The notes under the pieces are model-generated. The model worked only from the letters and a program-made list of their open reading frames with translations. It was not told the origin of the DNA and searched no databases. DNA of 64,000 nucleotides, taken from the NCBI GenBank assembly GCA_012295275.1, contig CM022679.1:2480001-2544000 (forward strand), given 5' to 3'. The stretch's first letter is position 1, and each line of letters starts with the position of its first letter. Shown in pieces: positions 12,781 to 24,142 of the stretch. Source of the DNA: Chrysomallon squamiferum (lineage: Eukaryota; Animalia; Mollusca). The position numbers and the translations under genes are program-made.

Positions 12781-13444
12781 TTAATGTACGACGTCATCGT
12801 CTCCAGCGTCTTCAGCTCCATCTTCATCGACAGCTTCTACAACTGCAGGAAAAATTTGTTATTAGTTTCAAATTTTTGAATTAGCAGATGCGAAATTTCA
12901 CATGTTTTGAATCATTACTTACGTTCATCTTTATCCACGAAGTTGAAATCGTCCAATTCAGCTGCGTTCAGTTTGCCGTCACCATCGCCATCTGCAGCGT
13001 GGAATTTTTTCATTTGAACCATGTTTGTGGGTTTCAGACCCGATGCTACAGCGATTTCATGCAGGTCAGCAAAACCATCTCCGTTCAGATCCATTTCTTT
13101 CAAAGCTGCGACATCGTCAGCATCCTGAAAATTCAAAAAAAAAACATTTTCATTATATTTGACGATTACAAAGAACATTTCACATCATTGTTCCTAAAAT
13201 TTAAATTAGAGAAAAGCCAAGATCCGACAAATACCTCTGCTGGAGGAGCTCGCACGTTCAGTCCCCTCTTCCTCTTGCACACCTTGCATGCCCAGCTCCT
13301 GGCCCACTTACAGGCCGCCATACAACCAAGTGTGTGATACGGACTGACGCGAATTCTTCGCACGGATCGGAAGAACCAGCCGTCCACGTTTTCAGGAACC
13401 AAGGTCAAGGCCAGCAGAACTAGCAAGAAGTACGTGGTCTTCAT
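12781..13444 (-). CDS. Secreted cationic Cys-peptide / EF-hand precursor, copy B (157 aa)
   Basis: Coding exons 13444-13235, 13124-12923 and 12842-12781 (TAA), the same structure as copy A. It differs by 4 aa (S>A in the signal; D>N, L>M, V>M in the propiece); the mature peptide is identical. AATAAA lies at 12739-12734. Confidence 0.88.
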
Positions 13445-13562
13445 TTTGCTGTAAAAATGTAAAATTTATATTTAGGATGCTTTACAGTGAAATTATAAAA
13501 AGCATGTAACTTAAAGAATAATAAATAAATAAATAAATAAATAAATAAGAATTAAAACTTAC

Positions 13563-13677
13563 TTGAACAAAATAATTTCTCCACACTTCAGAGAACCGAA
13601 ACAAAACACTGGAAGACGATGAAGTGACTACACAATGAAACTTCACTTATTTATATTGTAAAAATTAATCACGTGAC
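13563..13677 (-). promoter_or_regulatory. Non-coding exon 1 and core promoter of peptide gene B
   Basis: Donor GTAAGT at 13562-13557, TATAAATA at 13655-13648, GTCACGTGA at 13677-13669; homologous to the copy A promoter. Confidence 0.7.
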
Positions 13678-13873
13678 CAGACATGAAATTCGTTCTGCAC
13701 GAACATCCTCAGATAACATCCAGTGAAAATGTTTGTACTGGAAATATACGTCAGTGTCAGTGAAAATAGAAAACACTGAGTGAACATTACAAAATATTAT
13801 AACATAACTGTAAAATTTATTCTTTTGAATCAACTAGAAATGTAGTTAATGTTTGTGATAAAGAGTTTATATA

Positions 13874-13930
<57 letters not shown>

Positions 13931-14419
13931 GACACAGCTAAATGTTTAATTCATGTCAAATGATTTTTATTCTTAAAATTAAAAATAATTTATCTCTCGT
14001 ATTCTGGGAATCGTGGATGTGTGGTGTTGCTATTCTTTCCCTCGATCCGTACGTGAAAGTTTTAGACGTGTTTTCTTCACTGGAATATTTGTATTTTGTG
14101 TATATCATAACTTGAACATACCACAGATAGTGTACGTTTGATTATGCTTTCATTTTGTGATGTGCTGAAATGTGTTGACACCTTAGCACATTTATATTTT
14201 ACAGCCATTTTCCTGCATGCATGCGTCTTCATACACCTATTTCTTTTATTTTTCATTTTTATTCATTTTCATTTATTTATTTATCTATTATTGTTGTTGT
14301 TGTAATTAATTTGTCACCATTATATTTTAATAATAATTTAAAGAAGTAGATGAATTAATAATTTAATTGATTTACATAAAATAAATAAATAAATAAATAA
14401 ATAAATAAATCTTTTAATC

Positions 14420-14547
14420 TGTACCTTGAATGCAGCAACAGTGAGTCACCTGGTGAGTGATGATACCCCCACCTCAGAGTGGCTAATACAGGAACTCATA
14501 CTTGAAAATGTGTTTCTGGGGGACTGTTCACCCAAGGTACAGAACAT
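14420..14547. repeat. 128-bp dispersed repeat, copy 2
   Basis: Direct repeat of 8577-8704; ends TGTACCTTG ... CAAGGTACA-GA-ACA. Confidence 0.85.
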
Positions 14548-14662
14548 AAAACATAAATAAACAAAATAGAACAAACAAAAGAACGATTTTTGAGGAATAA
14601 CTACAATAAGCGTGTGTGTGTATGTGTACATGTGAGAGAGAGGTTGGCCTATATTTTACATA

Positions 14663-14701
<39 letters not shown>

Positions 14702-16019
14702 ATGATATAAAAGATTATTATATACAACTTAGAACTTAATGATAATTTATACTCTGATAATGGATAATTCGTGAAGGTCACGGAGGACATCAAAGTTAAA
14801 ATCAACATTGATCATTACTTCTGCCGAGCGATCCAAGCCAAGGCGACCTGAAACGAAAACAGCCGAATGAAAACTACGAAATAAGACGAAACAAAACAAA
14901 AAAAAAATAAAATAAAATAAAATAAAACGAAATAAGATGAAAAAAAAAAAGTAATAAAAAAAAAAAAAAAAAAAAAATATAAAATAAAATGAAATAATTA
15001 ATCTTTAAGAAAGAAATACGCACGAGACACGAACCCTTTGCCGAGTTTTTAATTTTATACGAAAAATAATGACCAACATTTTATGACTGTTAATGATCAG
15101 ATAGTAATCTTTTTTCACTGATTTTTGTTTTTTGTATTATTATCTTCTTTAATTTTTATTTTTCTACACATTTTTTTTTTCAAAGTAATTTATAAAAAGA
15201 ATATAAAAAAAGTCAGTAATAGAAATATTGCAAAGAGCATTTGATAGGACTTAAAAATTCGTGAAAATATAGATATTAATACCACAGTAACAGAACATAT
15301 ACCAAATAAACTACAATAAAAGGAAAGAAAAATAAATAAATAAACAAACAACAACAAAAAATGAATTTCAGTGACAGCGAGAAAATAGAAAAGTAAAAAT
15401 CAAGAATAAGACAATAATAACAAAAATAAAACAAACCTAATGGTTGAATTGAGGGGAAAAAATGGCTTCCTTCATTGTTTATAGTTTCACTACATATTCA
15501 TTTAATTACATACAAACACAGACATAGGTCCATACATACTTACAGATATACATAAAAATATATAGACATACATATATGCATACATAATACAAACGTACAT
15601 ACATGCTCACACACATACGTACGTATATAAAAACATATGCACATACATTCAGACGTACATACATACATTTTAGCTTTAGTTTTAGCATTACAGAGATACA
15701 TTTCTAAATCAGGAAAATGATATATACCTGCTCCATTGTTATATAAAAAAATAATAATAAATAAATAAAATAAAATAAAATAAAATAAAATAAAATAAAA
15801 TAAAACAACAACTACAGATTACAAATATTGTGGAATTTATTATTATTATTTTTATATTACAAAAATCAGTTGCGGTAAAATATAAAAACCATCACCAGGA
15901 ATCAAGCGAGATAACAAGACAAACATAAGAATGACGCAATAACACGAACTGAATTTTTCCTTATATTACGATTAGTACAGAAAATAAAGACTTTTTCAAT
16001 GTTTGAGCACGTATTTTCA

Positions 16020-16328
16020 ATACTACAACTACTGCTACTTGCTGCTGCTGTCACTACTAATACCATACTACCACTACTACTGCTACTACCAACAGTGCTA
16101 TTATTACTACTACTACGTATTAATGTCAAAATTAATATTGATAATAATAATGATAGTAGTAGCACGTAACAATAGTAGTAGCTGTAGGAGCAGTAGTAAT
16201 AGATATAATAGAAGTAGCAGTAGTAGTAGTAGCAGCAGCAACAATAATAGTTGTAGTAGTAGTAGTAGTAATAGTAGTAACAATAATAATAGTTGTAGTA
16301 GTAGTAGTAACACTAATAATATAATACC

Positions 16329-16368
<40 letters not shown>

Positions 16369-16395
16369 GTAATAGTAGTAGTAGTAATAATATTA
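16020..16395. repeat. Compound trinucleotide microsatellite (CTA/TAG/AAT)
   Basis: Direct inspection; the source of the poly-L/S/N/I ORFs. Confidence 0.85.
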
Positions 16396-16658
16396 GTGAT
16401 CTCTTCACCATAATATAAGCGGGGGAGTTGTGGGTAAGGGAGGCGACTCTTCTGGTATCCCAGATCTTAAAGTCAGCGAGGGAAAAGTGGGCTTGTTCAC
16501 TCAGTTTTTAAATCTCGTCTCTTTGCACGGTCCAAGTGAGAACTCACGTGTAAAACTGTGAGCTGTGATAACTGCAAAAACACGTTGTACATTTTCTTTG
16601 GTAACATTTCAAACGTTGCTACGGAGGTTCGGACGTTTTCGTTCAGGCAAGAAATAAC

Positions 16659-16701
<43 letters not shown>

Positions 16702-17741
16702 AAATAAAATACAAAATGATGATGACGATGATAACGATAATGATAATAATAATGCAAAAATAAAATATATTTGAAATATACATATATATAAAAAAATAAC
16801 GCTATAATTGGAACCCTTACGCCTATGTTTTCCAGTCTAGTAAAAAATATTGATCACAGATGATTTTTCCCGAGGCAAATTGTTTTGACTAGGATTCTGA
16901 ACTATCACTGATCAAGCCGGTGAAACAACGAAAACGGCAGTAACAAATTACTCATAAAAGAGCAATTTTCGACCACTGACTTTGAAATAATTAGCTTATG
17001 AGGGGGCTGGGGGTGAAGGGCAAACTGTAACTAATAACAAACAGACACACCTTTATGGAGCATTGGCCCTGCCAAAAATAGCTAATTATAATTAGCATGT
17101 CACATTCGGTATTATATGGGTAATAATGCCTTAATAAGATAATTAAAAAAATAATTAAAAAAATAATGCCGTGGTTCTCGCGATAAACGTGAAACTTCGA
17201 GACTATAATTCACATTTGTTGTTGTTTTAGTGTTCATTTTGTGTAATTTGAACCAGTTCAATAATTTTAAAGCTGTCGTTTTGCAATTATTTGATTATTT
17301 GTATTTTTAAAAAAGGAATATATCAGTATCAGATTTTTGGGGCTTAAAAAATAAGTGTATCCTTCGTATTTATATTTTAAAAAATAAACTTTTTTTTTTT
17401 CTTCTTGTAAACAGAATGCAGACATTTGTCTTTGCAGATTAGCAGACGTCTACGACTAAATTCGCCAACTTCCGTCACTTGCCGTTCATTGATATCTATC
17501 TACAGATTAAGGTTACAAACACACAATGCATATATATTTTCTTGCGTATTAGGATATAGATGTATAAGGCCAGATTTGTACACAAACTAAAAACGATTAC
17601 TGATTAGAATCAATCTGAGAGGATTAAATATATGTCTATATATCTTTAAACAGTTTCACGACTGCACATGCGCAACGGGCTGTGTAGCAGCAAAATAGCT
17701 ATTGCTTATGTGATTAGAATATTTGAGAGCAGTTAACTTTT

Positions 17742-18145
17742 TCACATTTCTAAAAGTTTCTCTAAGGATTTCAGCAAATGCTGTATTCCAAACAAAACGT
17801 TAGAGTCGGTTTCCGAAGCCGGGAACACGCGACCGAAGTCAATGAGTCGCAGTTCTACTGGAATCGGGTCGCTCACGTTTTCTTCTCGCTCTTCATGCTC
17901 GCTGCAGTGGTTGTTCACGTTTACGATTTTGTCGTCTGCTTTTCTTGGCGTGTCGTATATGAGCAAGAGTGAACTGGAATAAAAGGCAAATGATTTCTGA
18001 GCTAGGAACCACGTCTCTATATCTTTCAGTTTTGGAATTAAGGCGCGGATGGCATCTTTTCTAAGACGTTGGTCTAATCCGAAGAACTTTCCTAAACCTG
18101 AAAATAAATAAATAAAAATAAATTAATTAAATAAATAAATAAATA

Positions 18146-18181
<36 letters not shown>

Positions 18182-19530
18182 AAAGAAAAGAAAAATTAGA
18201 AAAAACACAGGAAGAAAAAACACAATCGTCAACTACATTATTAATGTGCATCAATTTGATTATATCGCTTATCGAGTGACACTATGGAAATGCTGTAATA
18301 TTCTACAAAAATTGGAATTACAACCCGTTACATTCATTGCTCTTGGACAGACGTATCGAATATGGAATTATTATTAATTTATTTTATTTTATTTTTTTTT
18401 AACAGTGAGAAGTAAATGTAAAATAAATCTTGATAATCCAAAATATAACTGGCAGTTGGTTTTCATTTTCAGACTTTACTGTTATAAATATATATAATTT
18501 CAAATTTAATGGCGACTGTTTGACTTACCATCAGCTAGGACTGCTTCTTCAGAAATAGCCAGACATATTTCTTTTTCAACACGTTCGAAACTACCAGAAT
18601 TCTGATTGTACACCTAGAAAAAATATAAATCAAACAACCATCGCTCGCATCAGAGAACATTTACATGCACGCTTCTCTCCATATATTACTCTGTCTCTCC
18701 ACGTTTAAACAAAGACAATTCTCAATGAAAAAGAACTGGACTACTCTTCTTCAGACATTTACTTTATGATCACTTAGGTTCTCAAGTCTGTTAAAATAGT
18801 ACTACTGCTACTATTACTACTACTATTATAATTGCTACTACTACTACTACTACTTCACAGTTCATGCTACCATTAACACAATTACTACAACTTCTACAGC
18901 TTCTATTAGTACTACTAGAACATTACTATTAGTTCTACTACCACTATCACTACTATTATTATGTCCAAATCAGTTAGCATATATATATATATATATATTT
19001 TTTTTTTTTAACTTTTCTTTCCGTTTGTACTCCATATGGTATTCAACGAATTCTATTAACTTTGGACTGCGTAGAATGATCTGTTTAATTTAAATGTCTG
19101 ATAACATTATTTTAAAAACAGTACTGTCACATGACATGAGCAAGGTCGCGTGAGTCACGCCAAAAAACGGCAGCTAGCGTGCGTATTATTAATCATGTTC
19201 GATTTAGGAAGGAAAAATCTTTTCACGAATCACAGATTTACCATCATTCGTGACAAGACGAAACTGTTTCAAACTTACCATCATTCCTGACAAAACAAAG
19301 CCAAGATGTTCCGCACATCTGAATTTTGGCCTTTTTTCCAGCACATGGGTTTCATTCGATTGGGGTTCCGACGTAACACGACCCATCTTGATGTCCACCA
19401 CGGATGGATTCTCAAAGTTCGAGCACACGTTTTCCATGACCAAAAACGTAACTGTAATAATAATAACAGTAATAATACTGCTGCTACCACTATACTATAA
19501 ACACTACTACTACGACCATCACCACAGCCA

Positions 19531-19561
<31 letters not shown>

Positions 19562-19583
19562 AACTAATAACTATAATGATAGC

Positions 19584-19659
<76 letters not shown>

Positions 19660-20165
19660 CTACTACTACTATTAACACTACTGCTACTATCACCACCACC
19701 ACTACTACTACTTGAACTACTACAACTATTACTACTACAAACAACAACAACAACAACAACAACAATAATAATAATAATAATAACAACAGCAACAACAATA
19801 ACACGAACAATAACAATAATAATAAATGATAAGCCATTATGATTCAAGTCAATAAATGGTACGTTTATATAATAAAACTGTGTAGAATTAATAAGGGAAA
19901 TAAAATATAAATACCTCCATCTTTTACAACGGTTCCGTTAAAAGCTGGAATAAATCTTCTCAGACTGAGTGAAATTTCGTCCCGGCAGTTGACGTCAAAT
20001 ATTGACTTGTAAAATTCAAGTTCACGCTTTCCACGTGCCGAATTTTGAACTGCTTTTAATATCAGTCCTTTGCCAATGTCAAATATTCCTTGAAAATAAA
20101 AATAGAAATAAAAAAATAAAATAAAAAATAAATAAATAAATAAAATAAAATAATAACAGAAAACA

Positions 20166-20203
<38 letters not shown>

Positions 20204-20318
20204 CATACATAATCAACATACAAATAATTGTTTGAATATACAGACATATTCAAACTTTTATTAAAAGTATGGTAATTAAATGATCAAGATTAATTAGTGC
20301 CAAAAATCCTGTACATTA

Positions 20319-20379
<61 letters not shown>

Positions 20380-20712
20380 TACAACAATAATAATATTAAT
20401 ACAAATAAATAAAAATAAATAAATAAATGCTTCTAATATATCAGTGAGTGATAACTGTCTTATTGAAGCAGTGTTAAAACAGTCCTCAACAACATAAACC
20501 ACAGACAATATCAAATAAAAATAATAAAACTAAATTAAATAAATGTATATGTTACCTTCACTTAAAACTTTTAAAGATAATTTTACGATGCAAAACAAAC
20601 CATTATGATGACCAGCCACTTGAGTCAGTAAGGGTTTCATCATTTCAATATGGATCTTTCCTTCCGTTGTTTCAACAGCACCTTCATTGCAATGTCGCTC
20701 AGTAAAATTCAT
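17742..20712 (-). CDS. IPMK: Inositol polyphosphate multikinase-like (IPK family), divergent paralog, 299 aa
   Basis: Exons 20712-20601, 20088-19915, 19451-19279, 18613-18529 and 18097-17742 total 900 nt and are phase-consistent. IPK motifs: QVAGH, RGKRELEFY, PSVVDIKMG (PxxxDxKxG), YSSSLLLIYD, LIDFGR. The symbol marks the family; the exact orthology is uncertain. Confidence 0.85.
19455..19825. repeat. Compound intronic microsatellite (ACT/AAC/AAT)
   Basis: Fills most of intron 2 of the divergent IPMK paralog. Confidence 0.9.
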
Positions 20713-22426
20713 TCTTTAAACTATATCTGTAACTTCCACTTCTCTAGTCCCCGTCTGCACTGGAGTAAAGTATTCTCTCGTAATATGACATAATAACAAT
20801 TTTAATATAATTAAGTTACGCTGTTTTCTTTGCAGGAATGTAAGTTTAATGCAAAAATGTTATTTCGTCATTTATGTGGAATACAAATGATATATCACAG
20901 AGCTAAAGGCAGTATCTATAAGACAGATATGTATATTATAGCAATTTGTGAGTTAAAATATTATTAATTGAAATAAAATTTAAATGTAAAAGCAGGGTAA
21001 GAAATACATGGAGTACTGTAAAGCAAGTAATTTTCGGCTATTGAATGGTTTTCAATGGTTGCTAAGAACCGTTGCTACGACCGGTCATAAAAAGTAAAAC
21101 CAGGAAGTACACATCATGCGCGACACGTTTCTTGCTAAAAAATATAAACCGTACTCACGTGTAATAATTTCACATCGGGTGCGTTGTATCGATTTATTAG
21201 TGTCTTTTGTAAATCGTGTATCATTCAACAATAACAGATTTTATTTCGGCTTATTTTCTTCATCTATTTTCTATTCCGAATCGAATCGTTTATATTTTCT
21301 ACTCCATACTGCGAGCGGTCTCTCGAAATACCGATGATATCCGAAAGCAAACATAATTACGCATAGGCCGTGTCTTAACCGTCTGCGAGTTACGGTAATT
21401 AAAAAGAGTTCAGTTAAAACCGCTAATACAGAGCTAAATTGATAATATCATTATATATTTAATAAACAGAAAATATTATTTACATTTAACTTAGTTTGTT
21501 TCATCCGATTAGAAGAAGATAAACGCCTCAAACCGGAAACGTCTACAGTTATTATCGTTTCAGAGCAATCGACATTAAAGTTGCTTAGCGCACGTTCAAC
21601 TGAGTCGTTACAACTATCTTCAGAAGTAGGTGTGTTTGATAACATGGCGTATGAAAATAAATGTTATCACTGACTAAATATAATGTTTCTGTTAATATCA
21701 TCATAATCGAAATCATCATTATCATCATCAGAACTAAATGGAGTTATTGTTGTACACTGGTGTTGATATCCGAGTTCAATCGAGAAGTTCTGGGCTTCCC
21801 CAGCTTATGATCGCTAAAATCGTTTTCAATAAATTTTATTTTTGTTCTTCTTCCGTTGTTCTTATTCAAATACATGCACATGCACGCACGCACGCACACA
21901 CAGATTTAGTAGCACGAACTAATATGATACTGTTGCGTGGAAAACTTACGTCTATCGGAAATGTTAGACTCCACCCGTTGTTTTAACTCACGATATCTCT
22001 GGAAAAAAATAAAAAATAAAAAAAATAAAAATTATTCCTAGGTTTTAGTTCCTGTTTAAAGGGTTTCATACAATGACACGAACCATATTTCTCGTCATTT
22101 ATTTTCTGTTAGTATAACCATTGTTTCCATTTTCGATTATAATTCAATTTTTGTTGCTTAATGTATTTAGTAATACACGCACGCCCGCACACACACATGT
22201 GCTTACACAGAATCAGTCCTGTTTGTAGTAAATATAAAAATATCGTATTGCACAGCACGTACGTATGCTACATATACACTGTCTACCGGTTTATTGTCGT
22301 TATAATTGCAGGGAAAAAATGTGCTATTTTACAAATACCTTTCAGAATGTCATTTAACTAACAACTGGTTTCAAATAACCTATATACTTTAAACCCATTG
22401 TTGTAAGCAATTCTATATTAAATATC

Positions 22427-22481
<55 letters not shown>

Positions 22482-22661
22482 CTGAATAAATTGTCATAAA
22501 TACATTAAGAAATGTGTCAGTTGATATATAAATATCGCAATTGATGGTTGTAACAGTGTTAGTAGCAGTACCATATTAAATTAACAATAATGTTACAACT
22601 TCTGTTGGTACACTGCTGCTGCTACTATTAGTACACTACTCCTGGCACTATTATTACGACT

Positions 22662-22692
<31 letters not shown>

Positions 22693-23414
22693 TACTACTA
22701 GTACTCTACTCCTGGCACTACTATCAGGACTCTATTTCTACTGCTACTATTATTAGTGCACTACTTTTACTATTACTGTTAATTACCACTACCAATTACA
22801 ACACAGTTAATTTTTTTTTTAAATTACTACTGTTATTCTGTTATTACGACTATCACTGCTACAAAAGCACCAACTCTGTTGTTAATATTCAACATTTGTG
22901 TATCCGACAGGAATGTATAAATATACGTAAGCATGCGCTTTTGTGTATGTGTACATGTGTTTGTGTACATATATTTCTGTGTGTTTGCGGTTAGGTATGT
23001 GTGCATGTATCTACCTGCGTGTGCGTGAATGAACAAAGTAAAACCGAGCACTGACCAGGAAACAAAAGTCTGGTAAATGTTGCTCTTAAAATAACAATCT
23101 TGCCTGTCGTTCTCGCTGATGCAATCACAATGAAGGGCCGTACCAGCCGTACAAGTTGTACCAATCGTACCAGGCGTAACTAGAACAACGTTTGCGTACC
23201 TGACGACTACACTAGATCAGCATCTGGTAAAATACCCACTGTAAAAACTCACTACAGTCTGTATTTAATAAACTGAGTAAAGTGATCAGAAATGAACTGA
23301 TTTACACAGTCTAGCTTAATACTGATAATAAATGACCGATATTTCCTATCTGAGGCTTTTTTGTGCGAGTAGGCCGCACTGAGTGGATTGTCTCCTCTTC
23401 TCTCTCTCTCTCTA

Positions 23415-23463
<49 letters not shown>

Positions 23464-23476
23464 CATACATATATAT

Positions 23477-23514
<38 letters not shown>

Positions 23515-23836
23515 GGTATTTGTATCAGAGTAAAGTTATTTAGTTGGTAATTTTAATCTGAATGCTCAGAGAGAAAGGTGAAAGTACACTGGTATTTAGT
23601 CACCGAAATCTACAACTTAATCACAGTATGTTATCTCAACGTCCTAAAATCAAAATTTTAAAATTTTAAAACTATATTCAGACGACATTATGTAATAAAC
23701 CAATCGGTGGATAATTTAATTTAGGTAATTTATTACAGACATCTTTAAAAAATCGTAATATAATTAATTAAACTTTCCTTCTTCTAAAACTGTTGAACGT
23801 GATGGTGAAAGCGCGTATATAAACAAATCACAGAAA

Positions 23837-23947
<111 letters not shown>

Positions 23948-24105
23948 GGGTTAGTTACATCCACACTTAGATAGAAAATCATACATATTTAATGCTGCAG
24001 TTATGAAGCAATGGCTGGAACGGGGAGGAAAATAACTGTGCCAACCACAAGATGCACTTTATAAAAAAAAAAAAGGTATTTTTGATACATTTTTATTATA
24101 CATTT

Positions 24106-24142
<37 letters not shown>

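Noticed and set aside
9516-13337. Plus-strand ORFs 9516-9839 and 12888-13337
   Set aside because: These are antisense shadows of the EF-hand exons.
19250-19847. Long hydrophobic or poly-residue ORFs
   Set aside because: They are microsatellite translations within an IPMK intron.
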